Below are positions 10,187-22,375 of a DNA stretch of 64,000 nucleotides, piece after piece. Position numbers and translations under genes: made by a program. Below the pieces are notes generated by a model. It was not told the DNA's origin. It ran no database searches and saw only the letters and a list, made by a program, of their open reading frames with translations. This stretch comes from an uncultured Acidobacteriota bacterium (GTDB lineage: Bacteria > Actinomycetota > Acidimicrobiia > Spongiisociales > ZC4RG35). Each line of letters starts with the position of its first letter. Within the stretch, counting starts at the first letter, position 1. The stretch covers positions 355,701 through 419,700 of the forward strand of contig CAWBJJ010000002.1 in the NCBI GenBank assembly GCA_963789135.1, in the 5' to 3' direction.

Positions 10187-11187
10187 GTGCTCAGGGCTCC
10201 CTCCAGGTCGCGGCGGAGGACGAAGCGCTGATAGAGCAGGGCGACGATCAGGGACAGCCCAAAGACGATCACCGAAACCGCACTGGCGTATCCGAACTGG
10301 CCGCGTCGGAATCCCCAGTCGACCAGATAGGTGGCCATGGTCGCGGTGGCATTGACCGGCCCACCCTTGGTGGTGACCCACACCAGGTCGAACAACTGCA
10401 ATGCGCCGATGATGGACAGAAACATCGACACCCGGATCGTGGGCCCGAGCAGGGGGAGAGTGACATGGCGGAAGCCATCCCAGAACGAGGCTCCGTCGAT
10501 GGCGGCGGCCTCTTCGAGCTCGGTCGGGATCAGCTGGAGGCCGGCCAGGATCAGAACCATGTGGAACCCGAAGTACTTCCAGGAGATGACGAAGAACAAG
10601 CTGTAAAGGGCGATCTTGGGGTCCGCAAGCCACTCCCGGGTCAGCCCATCCGCGCCCGCAGAGCCGAGGAGGACGTCGAAGAGCCCATCCGGTCGATAGA
10701 TCTGGCGCCAGACCACCCCGGTCACCACCTCGGAGAGGATGAACGGCGCGAAGTACATCGTCCGGAACACGCCTCGTCCTTTCAGGTTGCGGCTCAACAA
10801 CACCGCGAGGGCGACAGCGAAAGGTATCTGCAAGAGCAGGGACAGACCGATGATGATCCCGTTGTGGGTGATCGCTTCGATGAAGAGCGGGTCGTTGAAT
10901 GCGTCTTTGAAGTTCTGGAGGCCAACCCAATCCGTGAGCGGCTCCAGCCCGTTCCAGTCGTATCCACTGAATCGGATGCTCTGAGTGATCGGGTAGAGGA
11001 CGAAGACCGTGTAGAGAACGAGGGCGGGCAGCAGGAAGGCGAGGATCACCGGCCAGGGCGCGGTCCCCGGCGCGCGTCTGACTTGTCGATTGGCGCGCGT
11101 CACCTTCGTTGGTTTCTCCCTGGTCAGCGTCGGCCGGCCGGTCGGTGGAGGGCCGCCAGTTCGGCGGCCCTCCACGACTTTGCTCAC
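10183..11187 (-). CDS. Carbohydrate ABC transporter permease (MalF-type)
   Basis: WVGLQNF, ELEEAAAIDGA, TKGGP, FGYASA. Confidence 0.93.
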   Translation of the reverse strand: MSKVVEGRRTGGPPPTGRPTLTREKPTKVTRANRQVRRAPGTAPWPVILAFLLPALVLYTVFVLYPITQSIRFSGYDWNGLEPLTDWVGLQNFKDAFNDPLFIEAITHNGIIIGLSLLLQIPFAVALAVLLSRNLKGRGVFRTMYFAPFILSEVVTGVVWRQIYRPDGLFDVLLGSAGADGLTREWLADPKIALYSLFFVISWKYFGFHMVLILAGLQLIPTELEEAAAIDGASFWDGFRHVTLPLLGPTIRVSMFLSIIGALQLFDLVWVTTKGGPVNATATMATYLVDWGFRRGQFGYASAVSVIVFGLSLIVALLYQRFVLRRDLEGALST

Positions 11188-11201
11188 GATACGACCGGCG
11201 A

Positions 11202-12575
11202 CTACCCCGCCGCCGACGTTATGGCCTCGGTCACTTGCTCCGGCGTGGCGGTCCCTGCAAACAGGGTGGCCACCGCGTCGTTGACCGCAGCCCCGAGTTC
11301 CGGCGAGAAGTACTGGTCGAGGTAGAGCTGGACGAAGGTCGCCTGACCTAGCCCTTCCAGCACTGCCTGCTGCAACGGATCGGTGACTGCGACTTCGGCG
11401 CCCGCCGTGACCGGGAGGACTGTCCCGGTCTCGCCGACCCGAATCGCCTGATCGACTGCAGTGATGTACTCCAGGAACTGAACAGCCTCTGGCGGGGCAT
11501 CCTTGCCGACGGCAAACCCGTCGCCACCACCGAACCCGTCGGTGGCAACTCCGGCGCCGCCTTCAACCGCCGGGAATGGGAACCATCCGAACTCACCGGG
11601 GAGCCGGGTCTCGATTGGGTCCTCGGGCACTCCGATCCCAGATTGGTTCGCATAGGCACCCGGCCCCCACTGCCCCATGAGGCTGATCGCGGCTTGTCCG
11701 GTTCCGATAGTCCCAGACTCGCCGTCGGGGGCATCCCAGGGCGCGGCCAGGAAGCCGGACTGGAAGGGCTCCATGTCGATCAGTCGCTGCAGTTGGTTGC
11801 CGGCCTCGACGAATTCGGGTGTGTTGAAGTCGAGGGTCTCTGTCACTTCGGCCATCGCCGCCTCGCCACCCTCCCGGATCATGAGATACGAGTAGTAGAA
11901 GTGAGCGGGCCATTTGTCCCCGGCGCCGACCGCGATCGGAGTGATACCGGCGTCCTTCAGGGCCTGCACGTCCTCGAGGAACTCGTCCCACGTGGCCGGA
12001 GGAGCATCGATGCCTGCCTGGGCGAACAGGTCCTTGTTGTACCAGAACCCGACCATGCCCAGGTTGAAGGGGACGCCGTACTGGACGTCGTCCACGTTGT
12101 AGAGCCCCACGGCACCCTCGTTCAGGTTGCCGATGAAGCCGGAAGACAGGTCGGTGATGTCCTGCACCAAGCCGGCATCCACCTGTTCCCTCAGCCCGCC
12201 ACCGCCCCAGGACTGGAAGAGGTCTGGCACCTCGCCCGCCTGGAGATTGGTCTGTAGCGCCGCCTTGAACGCCTCGTTCTCCATGACCGTGATGTTGATC
12301 GTGACGTTGGGATTGGCCTCCATGAACTCGTTGGCCATGTCCTGCCACACCGTCATCATCGGGTCGGTGTTCTGGATGTGCCACCACTCGATGGTGACCG
12401 GCTCGGCCGTCGGCGCCGCGGTCGTCGACTCCCCGGGAGCCGGGGCCGCGGTCGTGGTCGCGCCTTCGTCTGGGGCTGCCGTCGTGCTGCTGGCGTCGCC
12501 TCCGCCACCGCAAGCGGCGACGATGAACGCCAACACGGCGAGCAACACCAGTGATCTGTTCATTCTCCGATACAT
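11202..12575 (-). CDS. Carbohydrate ABC transporter substrate-binding lipoprotein
   Basis: Lipobox VAAC, Thr/Ala linker, PDLFQSWGG, YNKDLFAQAG, PATWDEF. SD AAGGAGGAGG. Confidence 0.93.
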   Translation of the reverse strand: MYRRMNRSLVLLAVLAFIVAACGGGGDASSTTAAPDEGATTTAAPAPGESTTAAPTAEPVTIEWWHIQNTDPMMTVWQDMANEFMEANPNVTINITVMENEAFKAALQTNLQAGEVPDLFQSWGGGGLREQVDAGLVQDITDLSSGFIGNLNEGAVGLYNVDDVQYGVPFNLGMVGFWYNKDLFAQAGIDAPPATWDEFLEDVQALKDAGITPIAVGAGDKWPAHFYYSYLMIREGGEAAMAEVTETLDFNTPEFVEAGNQLQRLIDMEPFQSGFLAAPWDAPDGESGTIGTGQAAISLMGQWGPGAYANQSGIGVPEDPIETRLPGEFGWFPFPAVEGGAGVATDGFGGGDGFAVGKDAPPEAVQFLEYITAVDQAIRVGETGTVLPVTAGAEVAVTDPLQQAVLEGLGQATFVQLYLDQYFSPELGAAVNDAVATLFAGTATPEQVTEAITSAAG

Positions 12576-12628
12576 GTGCCTCCTCCTTGCCGCGCTAGCA
12601 CGCGGGCTCTCCGGTTCGGTCCAGCCGG

Positions 12629-12650
12629 TGGTTGAAAACGATTTCAACCA
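12629..12650. promoter_or_regulatory. LacI-family operator upstream of the ABC operon
   Basis: Palindrome TGGTTGAAAACGATTTCAACCA with a central CG, typical of LacI sites. Confidence 0.75.
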
Positions 12651-12700
12651 CCCGTTCTCTTCATGGGGACATGGGTTTCTTGATTCCTCCTCGGGTGTGT

Positions 12701-13702
12701 CTATTGGTTGAGGGCCCGGCAGGAACGCCGGATCACCAACTCGGTGGGAAGCGTGAGGTGCGTGGGCTCAATCTCGGGGTCGTCGATGAGGGCGACGAGC
12801 AACTCGGCCGCCTCGTAACCCATCTGCTGGATCGACTGGTCGATGGTGGTCAGGGGAGGCGTGGATAGAGCCGACTCCGGGATGTTGTCGAAGCCGATCA
12901 CCGAGAGATCGTCAGGGATGGAGAGCCCTAGTTCCCGTGCCACCTCCATGATCTCGATGGCTGACATGTCGTTGGCAGCGAACACCGCCGTCGGTGGCTC
13001 GGCCAATTCGAGGAGCTCATGGGCCGGCGCCTCGGTCGCTTCCTTGGTATATGAGCCGACCCGGACCAGGTTGGGGTCGTACGGGATCCCTGCCTGCTCC
13101 AGTGCGCGGCGGTATCCCTGCTCGCGGAGCCGGGCCGACTCCAGGTCAGGACGACCGGCGATGAATCCGATCCGTCGATGGCCGAGCCCGATGAGGTATT
13201 CGGTCGCCTTGACCGCCCCTTCGAGGTTCTGGGAGGCCACTGTGGGCAGGCCCGACATCCCGGCATGAGGGTCGACAGCAACGACCGGCGCCGCACTCGT
13301 CACCTCGGTCACGGTGGGGGTCACCAGGATGGTGCCGTCGGCCAGGGTCCCATTGAGCCGGGATAGATACTTGCGCTCCCAACCGACCTGCTCCCGGAGA
13401 TGCCCGCCTCCCGAGTAGACGAAAAGCTCCCACCCGGTCCAATGGATTGCCCTGGCCGCGCCCTTCAACAACTCGGCGCTGAAGGGCTCGAGGTCGGGCA
13501 CGATGATCCCCAAGACGTTGGTCCGCCGGCTGCGAAGGCTCCTTGCAACGAGGCTGGACTCATAGCCGAGGTCGTCGATGACCGCCTTCACCCGGCCCTG
13601 GGTCTCGGCGGCGACCCCGTAGCGGCCGTTGACGACCCGGGAAACGGTGGCGATGGAGACACCGGCCTGCTCCGCTACGTCTCCGATGGTGACCCGCGTC
13701 AT
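12701..13702 (-). CDS. LacI-family transcriptional regulator
   Basis: VTIGDVAEQAGVSIATVSRVVNG HTH, GHRRIGFI, PTAVFAAND, SVIGFDN, PPLTTI. Confidence 0.95.
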   Translation of the reverse strand: MTRVTIGDVAEQAGVSIATVSRVVNGRYGVAAETQGRVKAVIDDLGYESSLVARSLRSRRTNVLGIIVPDLEPFSAELLKGAARAIHWTGWELFVYSGGGHLREQVGWERKYLSRLNGTLADGTILVTPTVTEVTSAAPVVAVDPHAGMSGLPTVASQNLEGAVKATEYLIGLGHRRIGFIAGRPDLESARLREQGYRRALEQAGIPYDPNLVRVGSYTKEATEAPAHELLELAEPPTAVFAANDMSAIEIMEVARELGLSIPDDLSVIGFDNIPESALSTPPLTTIDQSIQQMGYEAAELLVALIDDPEIEPTHLTLPTELVIRRSCRALNQ

Positions 13703-13721
13703 CCTCGCGATAGCTCCGTCC

Positions 13722-13759
13722 TGAAAACGATTCCGACATCGTTGTCGATAACGATTACA
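13722..13759. promoter_or_regulatory. Three abutting LacI-type operator-like sites upstream of lacI
   Basis: TGAAAACGATTCCG, CGACATCGTTGTCG and GATAACGATTACA repeat at ~12 bp spacing. The first shares TGAAAACGATT with the 12629 site. Confidence 0.6.
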
Positions 13760-13815
13760 GAACTTAGGGCGTGTGAGGATGTCATGACGGCCAGAAACAG
13801 AATTTCTCGCGGCGC

Positions 13816-15319
<1,504 letters not shown>

Positions 15320-15373
15320 GCCTGCCGGGTCGTCATGAGCGGGACGGTAACGGCGATACCGGCTCTTGCATCC

Positions 15374-15400
15374 GGTTTCAAGGTGGGCCGCAACGGGTAA
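15374..15400 (+). promoter_or_regulatory. SigF/SigB-type promoter for the CBS gene
   Basis: GGTTT-N16-GGGTAA, 24 bp before the ATG, with SD AAGGAGG. Confidence 0.75.
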
Positions 15401-15424
15401 CCGAGGCAACAAGGAGGAATTCGA

Positions 15425-15850
15425 ATGCCTGAGACCATCAACGAAGTCATGACCACCAACCCGTGGACCGTCACCGACCGGGCCACCATCGAGCGAGGCT
15501 GCCCGGTGATGCGGGACGCCGACATCGGAGATGTGATCGTGCTCGACCCCGATGGAGAGGTGCACGGGAATCGTCACCGACCGCGATGTGGTGGTGCGAG
15601 CCGTGGCCAAGGGAGTCGACACCAACGTCGAAGCCGGTGGGCGACGATCTGTGAGAACGGCATCGTGACCATCGGGTCCGAGGACACGATCGAGGCAGCA
15701 CTCGACCTGATGCGAGACCACAAGGTGCGACGGCTCCCGGTCGTCGACGATCGCCGTTTGGTGGGGATCGTGACTCTGGGTGACCTGGCGATGGACCTCC
15801 AACCCAGTTCCACCCTGGCCGACATCAGCCAGGCACCGCCCAACAACTGA
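15425..15850 (+). CDS. CBS-domain protein (Hrp1/YhcV-like; compensating internal indels)
   Basis: EVMTTNP, MRDADIGDVIV, GIVTDRD (alternate frame), MRDHKVRRLPVV, GIVTLGDLA. Confidence 0.88.
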   Translation: MPETINEVMTTNPWTVTDRATIERGCPVMRDADIGDVIVLDPDGEVHGNRHRPRCGGASRGQGSRHQRRSRWATICENGIVTIGSEDTIEAALDLMRDHKVRRLPVVDDRRLVGIVTLGDLAMDLQPSSTLADISQAPPNN

Positions 15851-15913
15851 TCCCCACCTGCCGCGCTGTGCGTCGGGCGTCTACGGCGTCGACTCCAATA
15901 TCGTTGGCGCCAG

Positions 15914-16922
15914 ATGCCCCAGCTGACCGACGTCTACAAGCGACCGATCCACGACCTGCGGATCTCGGTCACTGATCGCTGCAACTTCCGCTGCACCTAT
16001 TGCATGCCGAAAGAGGTGTTCGGCAAGGACTACGAGTTCCTGCCCCGAGATCACCTCCTGTGCGTTCGACGAGATCACCGAGTTGGTGAGGACGTTCGTC
16101 GACCGTGGGGTGGAAAAGGTGAGGATCACCGGCGGCGAGCCTCTGCTCCGCAAAGGCATCGAGAAGATGATCGGGATGATCCGCTCGGTGGACGGCGTTC
16201 AGGACCTGACCCTGACCACCAACGCCTCGTTCCTGGCGAGGAAGGCGCCAGAGCCTTGCCGGCGCCGGCCTGGACCGGGTGACGGTGAGCCTCGATGCCC
16301 TCGACGACCCCACGTTCCAGGGCATGAACGATGTCGGCTTCCCGGTCGTCCGCGGTCCTCGAGGGGATCGAGGCCGCTGCCGAGGCCGGGTTGGGCCCGA
16401 TCAAGGTCAACGCAGTGGTGCAACGCGGGGTCAACGACCACGCGGTGCTCGACATGGCCCGCCACTTTCGAGGCACCGGCCACATCCCCCGGTTCATCGA
16501 GTACATGGATGTGGGCAACACCAACGGCTGGCGCCTCGATGACGTCGTTCCCGCTGAGGAGATGATCTCGTCGATCGACGCGGTGTACCCCTTGGAGCCG
16601 GTGGCGCCCAACTACCCGGGCGAGGTGGCCAACCGGTTTCGCTATCTCGACGGACAGGGTGAGGTCGGGGTGATCGCTTCGGTGACCCAGCCATTCTGCG
16701 GTTCCTGCACCCGGGCCCGGATCTCGGCGGAAGGGACCCTTTACACGTGTCTCTTCGCCACCTCGGGGACCAGCCTCCGCGACATCCTGCGAAAGGGAGA
16801 GGACCCGGGCCCGGCGATCGACGCGGTGTGGTCGAGCGCGTACCGACCGCTATTCAGAGATGAGGTCGGCGCAGACCGTGACCATCGGCACCCGGGTCGA
16901 GATGAGTTACATCGGGGGCTGA
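15914..16922 (+). CDS. moaA: GTP 3',8-cyclase MoaA (frameshifted)
   Basis: [19 protein letters not shown] radical-SAM motif, [34 protein letters not shown]-terminal EMSYIGG. Confidence 0.93.
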
Positions 16923-17617
16923 GTCTCGGCGCCGGCCGGCGTCGTGGCCCGTTCCGGCACCGCTCGGGCGCCCGAAGCCACCCGGTAGCCGGCCCAGATC
17001 AGGGTCACCGCGGCAAGGAGTGAGACAGCGAAGGCGCTGCTCTCTCCCAGGGCGAGACCCGTGCCACCCGAGGCGGCGGCAAAAGTCCCGGCCACGATCA
17101 GCAGGTTGCCCCACACGATCTTGCGGTTCGATTTCCAGAATCTGAAGATCGAGACCAGAGCGAGCAGCGATCAGGATCGTCGACCCGGCCGCGCCGCCGA
17201 TGATGGCGAACAGCCGGGGCCCGAATCCGGACGCGAAGATGTCGTGAGGCACCCCGGACTCGGGCAGGGGATTGGCAAAGGGGACGGTCGCGGTCAGGGT
17301 CGTCGAGATCGCGGTGAATGCCCCGAGGATGATGGTCATCACATGACCTGAGCGCCGCCCGACGACGAGAAACATCGATCCCAGGGCAAGATAGGGGATG
17401 TTGAGGATCGCCCCGAAGAGGTAGAAGGCCCGGTAGACAGGGCCGGTCCAGCCGTAGGTCAGACCGATGAAGAAGGCCCAGGTCGCCACGGCGAACATCG
17501 TCATCCCTACCCCGTAGGCCGCGATGTGGGGCCGGGGGCGCTTGCGATAGCCGAGCCAGAGATCCGAGCGAAGACCGTGGCGGCGACGGCGGCAAGCAAC
17601 GCCAGGATCGAGTCCAT
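16907..17617 (-). CDS. Conserved multi-TM membrane protein (frameshifted)
   Basis: About 6 hydrophobic helices, GWTGPVYRAFYLFGAILNIPYLALGS, GNLLIVAG. Confidence 0.65.
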
Positions 17618-17627
17618 CGGGATAAGG

Positions 17628-18689
17628 CTAGGTGTCCGCCGCGACCGGCCCGGTCGTGGCGGCACGAGCAAAGACTCGGGCGTCAGTCGCCCTGACCCGA
17701 CACGCGCTCGCCGGGTTTGTAGAGCGGACGGGGGCCGATCCGGGCGCGGACTCTGATCCCTCCGTGGAGGGCAAGGGTGACGAGCTGGTCGTGGCCGAAG
17801 AACTCGCTCCCGGCGACCACGGCGTTCGCCGTCTCGCCCAGAGAGATCTGGATGTTCTCGGGCCGGACGATCACCGAGACCTCTCCCGTCAGGTCGGTGT
17901 CGAACCCGCCCGAGCGGGGTGTCGACCCGACCGTTGCGGGCGGTGGCCGAGATCACGTCGGCGTCACCCGAGGAACTCGGCGATCCAGGGGTCTGCCGGG
18001 TTCGGAGTAGAGGTGAGCCGGCGTGTCCGCCTGGAGGACCCGACCATCTCGCATCACGGCGACGATGTCCGAGGTTGCCAGGGCCTCCTCCTGGTCGTGG
18101 GTCACGAACACCGCAGTGGTCCGGGCTTCGGTGAGGATCACCCGGAGCTCTCGCCGCACCCGGTCACGGAGGCTGGCGTCGAGGTTGGAGAACGGCTCGT
18201 CGAGCAGGATCACCTCTGGCTCAGGGGCGAGGGCTCGGGCCAGGGCCACCCGTCTGTTGCTGGCCGCCTGACAGCTCGTGGGGCATGCGGGCCTCGAGGC
18301 CGTTGAGCCCGACCAACTCGAGCACCTCGGAGACCCGTGCTGCGGTCGGTCACCCTTGGGCAGTCCGTAACCGACGTTCGCTGACACGGTCATGTGGGGG
18401 AACAGGGCGTAGTCCTGAAACACCATGCCCACCCGTCTCTTTTCCGGCGGCACGAACACCCCGCTTCCCAGCACCGTCCGACCATGGATCTCGACCGGTC
18501 CCCCCTCCACTTTCGAACCCGGCGATGACTCGGAGCGCAGTCGTCTTCCCGCACCCGGATCGGCCCGAGGAGGGTCACCACGCCACCCTCCCAGACGTCG
18601 AGGCTGAACCGGTCGAGCGCCACCGCGTCGCCAAACGACTTGGTCAGCTCGCGCGCCCTGATGGCGAGGCGGTCAGTCGCTGAGGTCAC
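17628..18689 (-). CDS. Fe(III)-type ABC transporter ATP-binding protein (frameshifted)
   Basis: Walker A region [49 protein letters not shown]-like C-terminus. Confidence 0.88.
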
Positions 18690-20266
18690 GGCTCATCACC
18701 AGGAAGAGTGGCACGATCGATACCAGGAGCAGCACCAGGCCTGCCGCCGAGGCCCGGGTGAGGAAGCCCTCGGCTGTGGAGCTCCAGATGCGCACTGCCA
18801 GGGTCTCGAAACCGTTGGGTCGCAGGAGAAGGGTCGCCGGCAACTCCTTCATGGCGCTGAGGAACACGAGCGCGCCGCCTGCCACCAGGCCCGGCATCGC
18901 CAGGGGCAGGGTGATCCTGAACATCGTCCGCATCGGCCCCACCCCCAGCCCACGCGAGGCGTCCTCGAGGTCGGGACTGGCTCGACGCAGGGAGTCCTGC
19001 ACCGACCCCACTGCTTGGGGGAGGAACACGGCGAGATAGATGATGAGCAGGAAGATCAGTGACTGATAGAGGGGCCTCGCCCATTGCAGCGCGAACCCGA
19101 CGGCGGCCACTCCCACCGTGATGTGTGGCAGTGAGTAGCTGCCCCAGACCACCGATTCCACCCACCCGGACAGACGACCCGATCGCCTGGCGATGACCAT
19201 CGCCACCGGGAGGGCAGCCACCGCGGTGATCAACCCCGCAACCACAGCGACGCCCAGGGTCCGACCGGCCTCGACCCAGAGCGTCTCGCTCCGAGGGCCT
19301 GGCCGACGCTCGAGGCCGCGGCTGATGGTCACCGCCATCACCAGGATCGGCACACCGAGCGCCACCAGCCCGTAGCCGGCGAGTAGCCCGACGGATAGGG
19401 CACGCCGCCAGCCCGGCGAGGTGAACCAGTGTTCGGGGGCGGGCCGGGCGCTTCGAGAACAACTGGGCTCTTCCCCGCGAGTCGCCCGCTCCCCGGCCAC
19501 GATTATCACGGCGACGACCATCAGCAGCAGTGAGAGCGTGGCCGACGGCGGCCCTGTCGATCTGGCCGCGATACAGGGTGTAGATCGCCCGGGTGAAGGT
19601 GTCGTACCTGAGCAGTGATACTGCACCGAAGTCGGAGATCGCGTACAGGCCGACCAGCAGGCCGGCCGAGACGATCGCGGGACGCAGTTGGGGCAGGGTC
19701 ACCGTCCGTAACACCTTCCACCGGGATGCGCCGAGCCCGGTGCCGGCCTCTTCGGTGGCCGGATCGATTCTCCGCAGGCCCGGGATGAGGGTGAGGTGGG
19801 CCAGCGGGGCGGTGAATAGTGACAGGACCAGCCAGGACCCGACGAATCCATAGGGCGTCGGGATGTCCACCAGCACACCGTTGGGCCCGGTCGCTGCGAT
19901 CAGGCTCGAGCGCGGCCACGTACGACGGGCACGACCAGCGGCAAGGGCGGCGAGCGTCATCCAGCCGTTGCGGAAACGGAGGTCGGTCCTGGTCGTGAGC
20001 CAGGCCGTCCCGAGCCCGATCACCAGAGGAGGTCGCGGTGACGGCGACCGTGAGCAGCGAGGGTGCTGGCGAACAGCGAGGCGAGGCGGCCCGACCGGGA
20101 TCACCAGGGTCGACCCATCGTCCGAGCACCTGGAGCAGGAGGCTGATCGGAGGTATCAGGGCGGGGAGGAGAGCGACCAGTGCCGCGATAGTCCATCCAC
20201 ACCCCAGGCCGCGCTCCCCGAGGTGCGGGCCCGGGGCGCATCGACCGCGATCGGCGGGAGGGTCAA
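18673..20266 (-). CDS. Fe(III) ABC transporter permease (FbpB/FutB-like, frameshifted)
   Basis: Two EAA loops (TEEAGTGLGA, LEDASRGLG), SDFGAVSLLRYDTFT, MKELPATLLLRP. Confidence 0.88.
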
Positions 20267-20267
20267 T

Positions 20268-21263
20268 TCAGACCAGGCCGGCCTCGGCGACGAGGCGGGT
20301 CGCGTCGTCGAGGACCCCTGCCAGCTCGCTGAGGTCGATTTCCGGGGCGACGATCTCGGAGAGAGGTGGTGTTCCACTCGGCGGTTCGACTCCTCGCCAC
20401 CAGCGGGTACTCGAAGGTCTCGGTTGCGAAGAAGCGTTGCGCGTCCTCGGAGAGCAGGAAGTCGACGAGCGCCTGAGCTTCCTCCGGCTGGTCGCTGCCG
20501 GACAGGATCCCTGCTCCGGCGGGCATGATCAGCGAACCGGCGTCGCCCGCTGGTATGAAGTAGTTCTCGGCAGCCCTGACCCAATCCTTCGGCGCGCAGC
20601 CGGAGCAGGTAGTAGTGGTTGACCAGGCCCCCCTCCAACTCGCCGCTGTCGGTCGCCTCGACGATCGGGCGCGTTCCCCTCGAAGTCGACCGGATCGTTG
20701 GCAGCGAGGGCTTCCAACCAAGCCCTGGTGCCCTCCTCGCCCCGCTCGAGGATCATCGCGGACACGAAGGCGAGAAACGATGCGTTGGTTGGCGCCACTC
20801 CGAGCTGACCTGCCCATTGCGGAGCTGTCATGTCGTCGATCGTCTCAGGAAGCTCCAGTTGGTCCGCTTTGTTGTAGACGACGACTCGAACCCGCCCTGA
20901 GGTGCCCACCCAGGCCCCGTCGTCGTCATGGAACCGGTCCTCGACAAGGTCCAGGGTCGCATCGGGAAGGGTTGCGAACAGGGGTGCCACCACGCCGAGC
21001 GAGGCAGGGTCCTGGGCAAAGAAGACGTCCGCATCGGTCGAGTCGCCCTCGGCCAACAGGGTGGCGGCCAACTCGCTGGACCCGGCGTAGCGGATGTCGA
21101 CCTCGATGGAGGTCTGCTCGGTGAAGTCGGCGAGCAACGGTCCCACCAGCTCCTCGGCGCGGCCGGAGTAGACCGTGAGCGGCCCCTGGTCGCTCTCTTG
21201 GTCCCCGCCGCATGCCGCGACGAGCAGGACGACCGCGACGGCCGGGACGATGGCACGGTGCAC
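20268..21263 (-). CDS. Fe(III) ABC substrate-binding lipoprotein (FbpA/FutA-like, frameshifted)
   Basis: Lipobox VAAC, LTVYSGRAEELV, ADVFFAQD, and the iron-binding GLVNHYY motif. Confidence 0.88.
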
Positions 21264-21335
21264 CAGGTCTCCTCGAAATTCGTTAGCTACCGAACGATCT
21301 CAAGGTATTGCCACTACGGTCGTAGTGCAAATGGT

Positions 21336-21500
21336 TCAGCCCTTGTAGCCCGAGGCGCGCGCTGCGGCTCCCTGGCGCTCCGCCTTGTTACGGGCACGTT
21401 TGCGGCTTTCGGCATCGCCTGCCGTGTAGTGATACTTCTTCCCCGACTTGCCCCACTGGTAAAAGGGGCCGGATCGATCTGATCCTCGATGAACCGGCAT
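21336..21500 (-). CDS. 54-aa basic small protein MPVHRGSDRSGPFYQWGKSGKKYHY...
   Basis: SD GGAGGT at 21506-21511 and its own SigF-type promoter. Confidence 0.75.
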   Translation of the reverse strand: MPVHRGSDRSGPFYQWGKSGKKYHYTAGDAESRKRARNKAERQGAAARASGYKG

Positions 21501-21528
21501 CGCAGACCTCCGAAAGATTGCCCGGTGG

Positions 21529-21553
21529 ATACCCGCCCCACGGCAGGCGAAAC
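21529..21553 (-). promoter_or_regulatory. SigF/SigB-type promoter
   Basis: Minus strand GTTT-N15-GGGTAT. Confidence 0.72.
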
Positions 21554-21570
21554 ATCTGACCGGAAGCAGT

Positions 21571-21936
21571 TCAGGTGCCGGCGGCAAACGAGAGGCGCAC
21601 CCCGGGGCCGGAGGTCAACTCGTAGTCGGCGGTCACCGAGGAAAAGACCGCACGTTCCAGCGACTCCAGCCAACCCTGTGGTGGCCACTCGCCAGGGCCG
21701 GGATCGGCGTCTATCGCGACCTCGAATCCCTGTTCCAAGGAGAGCTCGCAAGTCAGGGAGGTGGATCCTCCGTCCCGGATGAGGAGGGCAGCAGCCTCGT
21801 TCACTGCCAGTCTGGCCTCCTCGACCCGGTCGAATCCGAGCCCGAGGCCGCTGGCAGCCCCCGCGGTGACCGCGCGCACGACTCCCAAGGCTTCGCGGCG
21901 CGCTGGGACGACCAGCCTGATGGCGAATGAGGGCAT
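21571..21936 (-). CDS. Degenerate RsbW-like anti-sigma (HATPase-fold) protein
   Basis: LVVPARREALGVVR...VEEARLAVNEAA N-box, with no clear GxGL G2 box. Confidence 0.7.
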   Translation of the reverse strand: MPSFAIRLVVPARREALGVVRAVTAGAASGLGLGFDRVEEARLAVNEAAALLIRDGGSTSLTCELSLEQGFEVAIDADPGPGEWPPQGWLESLERAVFSSVTADYELTSGPGVRLSFAAGT

Positions 21937-21997
21937 ACCCCTATGATATGGGTCCCCGCTCTTCCCGCTGCCGGGTTACGCCATCCAGGACTCATGT

Positions 21998-22375
21998 TTG
22001 ACGACGCCACTGCAACCGACCCCGGGCAGTTACCAACTGACCGTCCCCTCCGAGCCGGACCAGATCGCAACGGTTCGACTCTTTGTCGGATCGGTAGCCA
22101 GGCTGTCGGGCCTCGACGAAGACACCATCGAGGACGCCAAGCTCGCCGCTTCTGAATTGGCGACAGCCATCGTGGCGGCGGGAGTCGATCCGACGATCAC
22201 CGTGAATGCTGTGCCCCGACGCGGCTCGGTCGCTCTCGTTATCACGCCCTGGCGAGAGGGAATGGGTGAAGAAGAGGACTTTGGCGCGTTGGAGATCGTG
22301 GGTGCGCTGTTCACCTCCACAACGACCGAAGGCTCGGTGCACATCGACATAGCGGCCTCCGCCGAAGATGCCTGA
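21998..22375 (+). CDS. RsbW/UsfX-like anti-sigma factor
   Basis: LTVPSEPDQIATVR...IEDAKLAASELAT. Overlaps the sigma gene start. Confidence 0.78.
   Translation: MTTPLQPTPGSYQLTVPSEPDQIATVRLFVGSVARLSGLDEDTIEDAKLAASELATAIVAAGVDPTITVNAVPRRGSVALVITPWREGMGEEEDFGALEIVGALFTSTTTEGSVHIDIAASAEDA

Noticed and set aside
12661-12691. SD (AGGAGGA) followed by a 3-codon ORF (MSP) upstream of the sugar-binding protein gene
   Set aside because: The SD-ATG spacing is long and there is no attenuator structure, so it could be chance.
21279-21294. TTCGTTAGCTACCGAA upstream of the iron ABC operon as an IdeR/DtxR box
   Set aside because: It is only an imperfect palindrome with a poor fit to the 19-bp consensus. 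It may be an operator but I cannot support the call.
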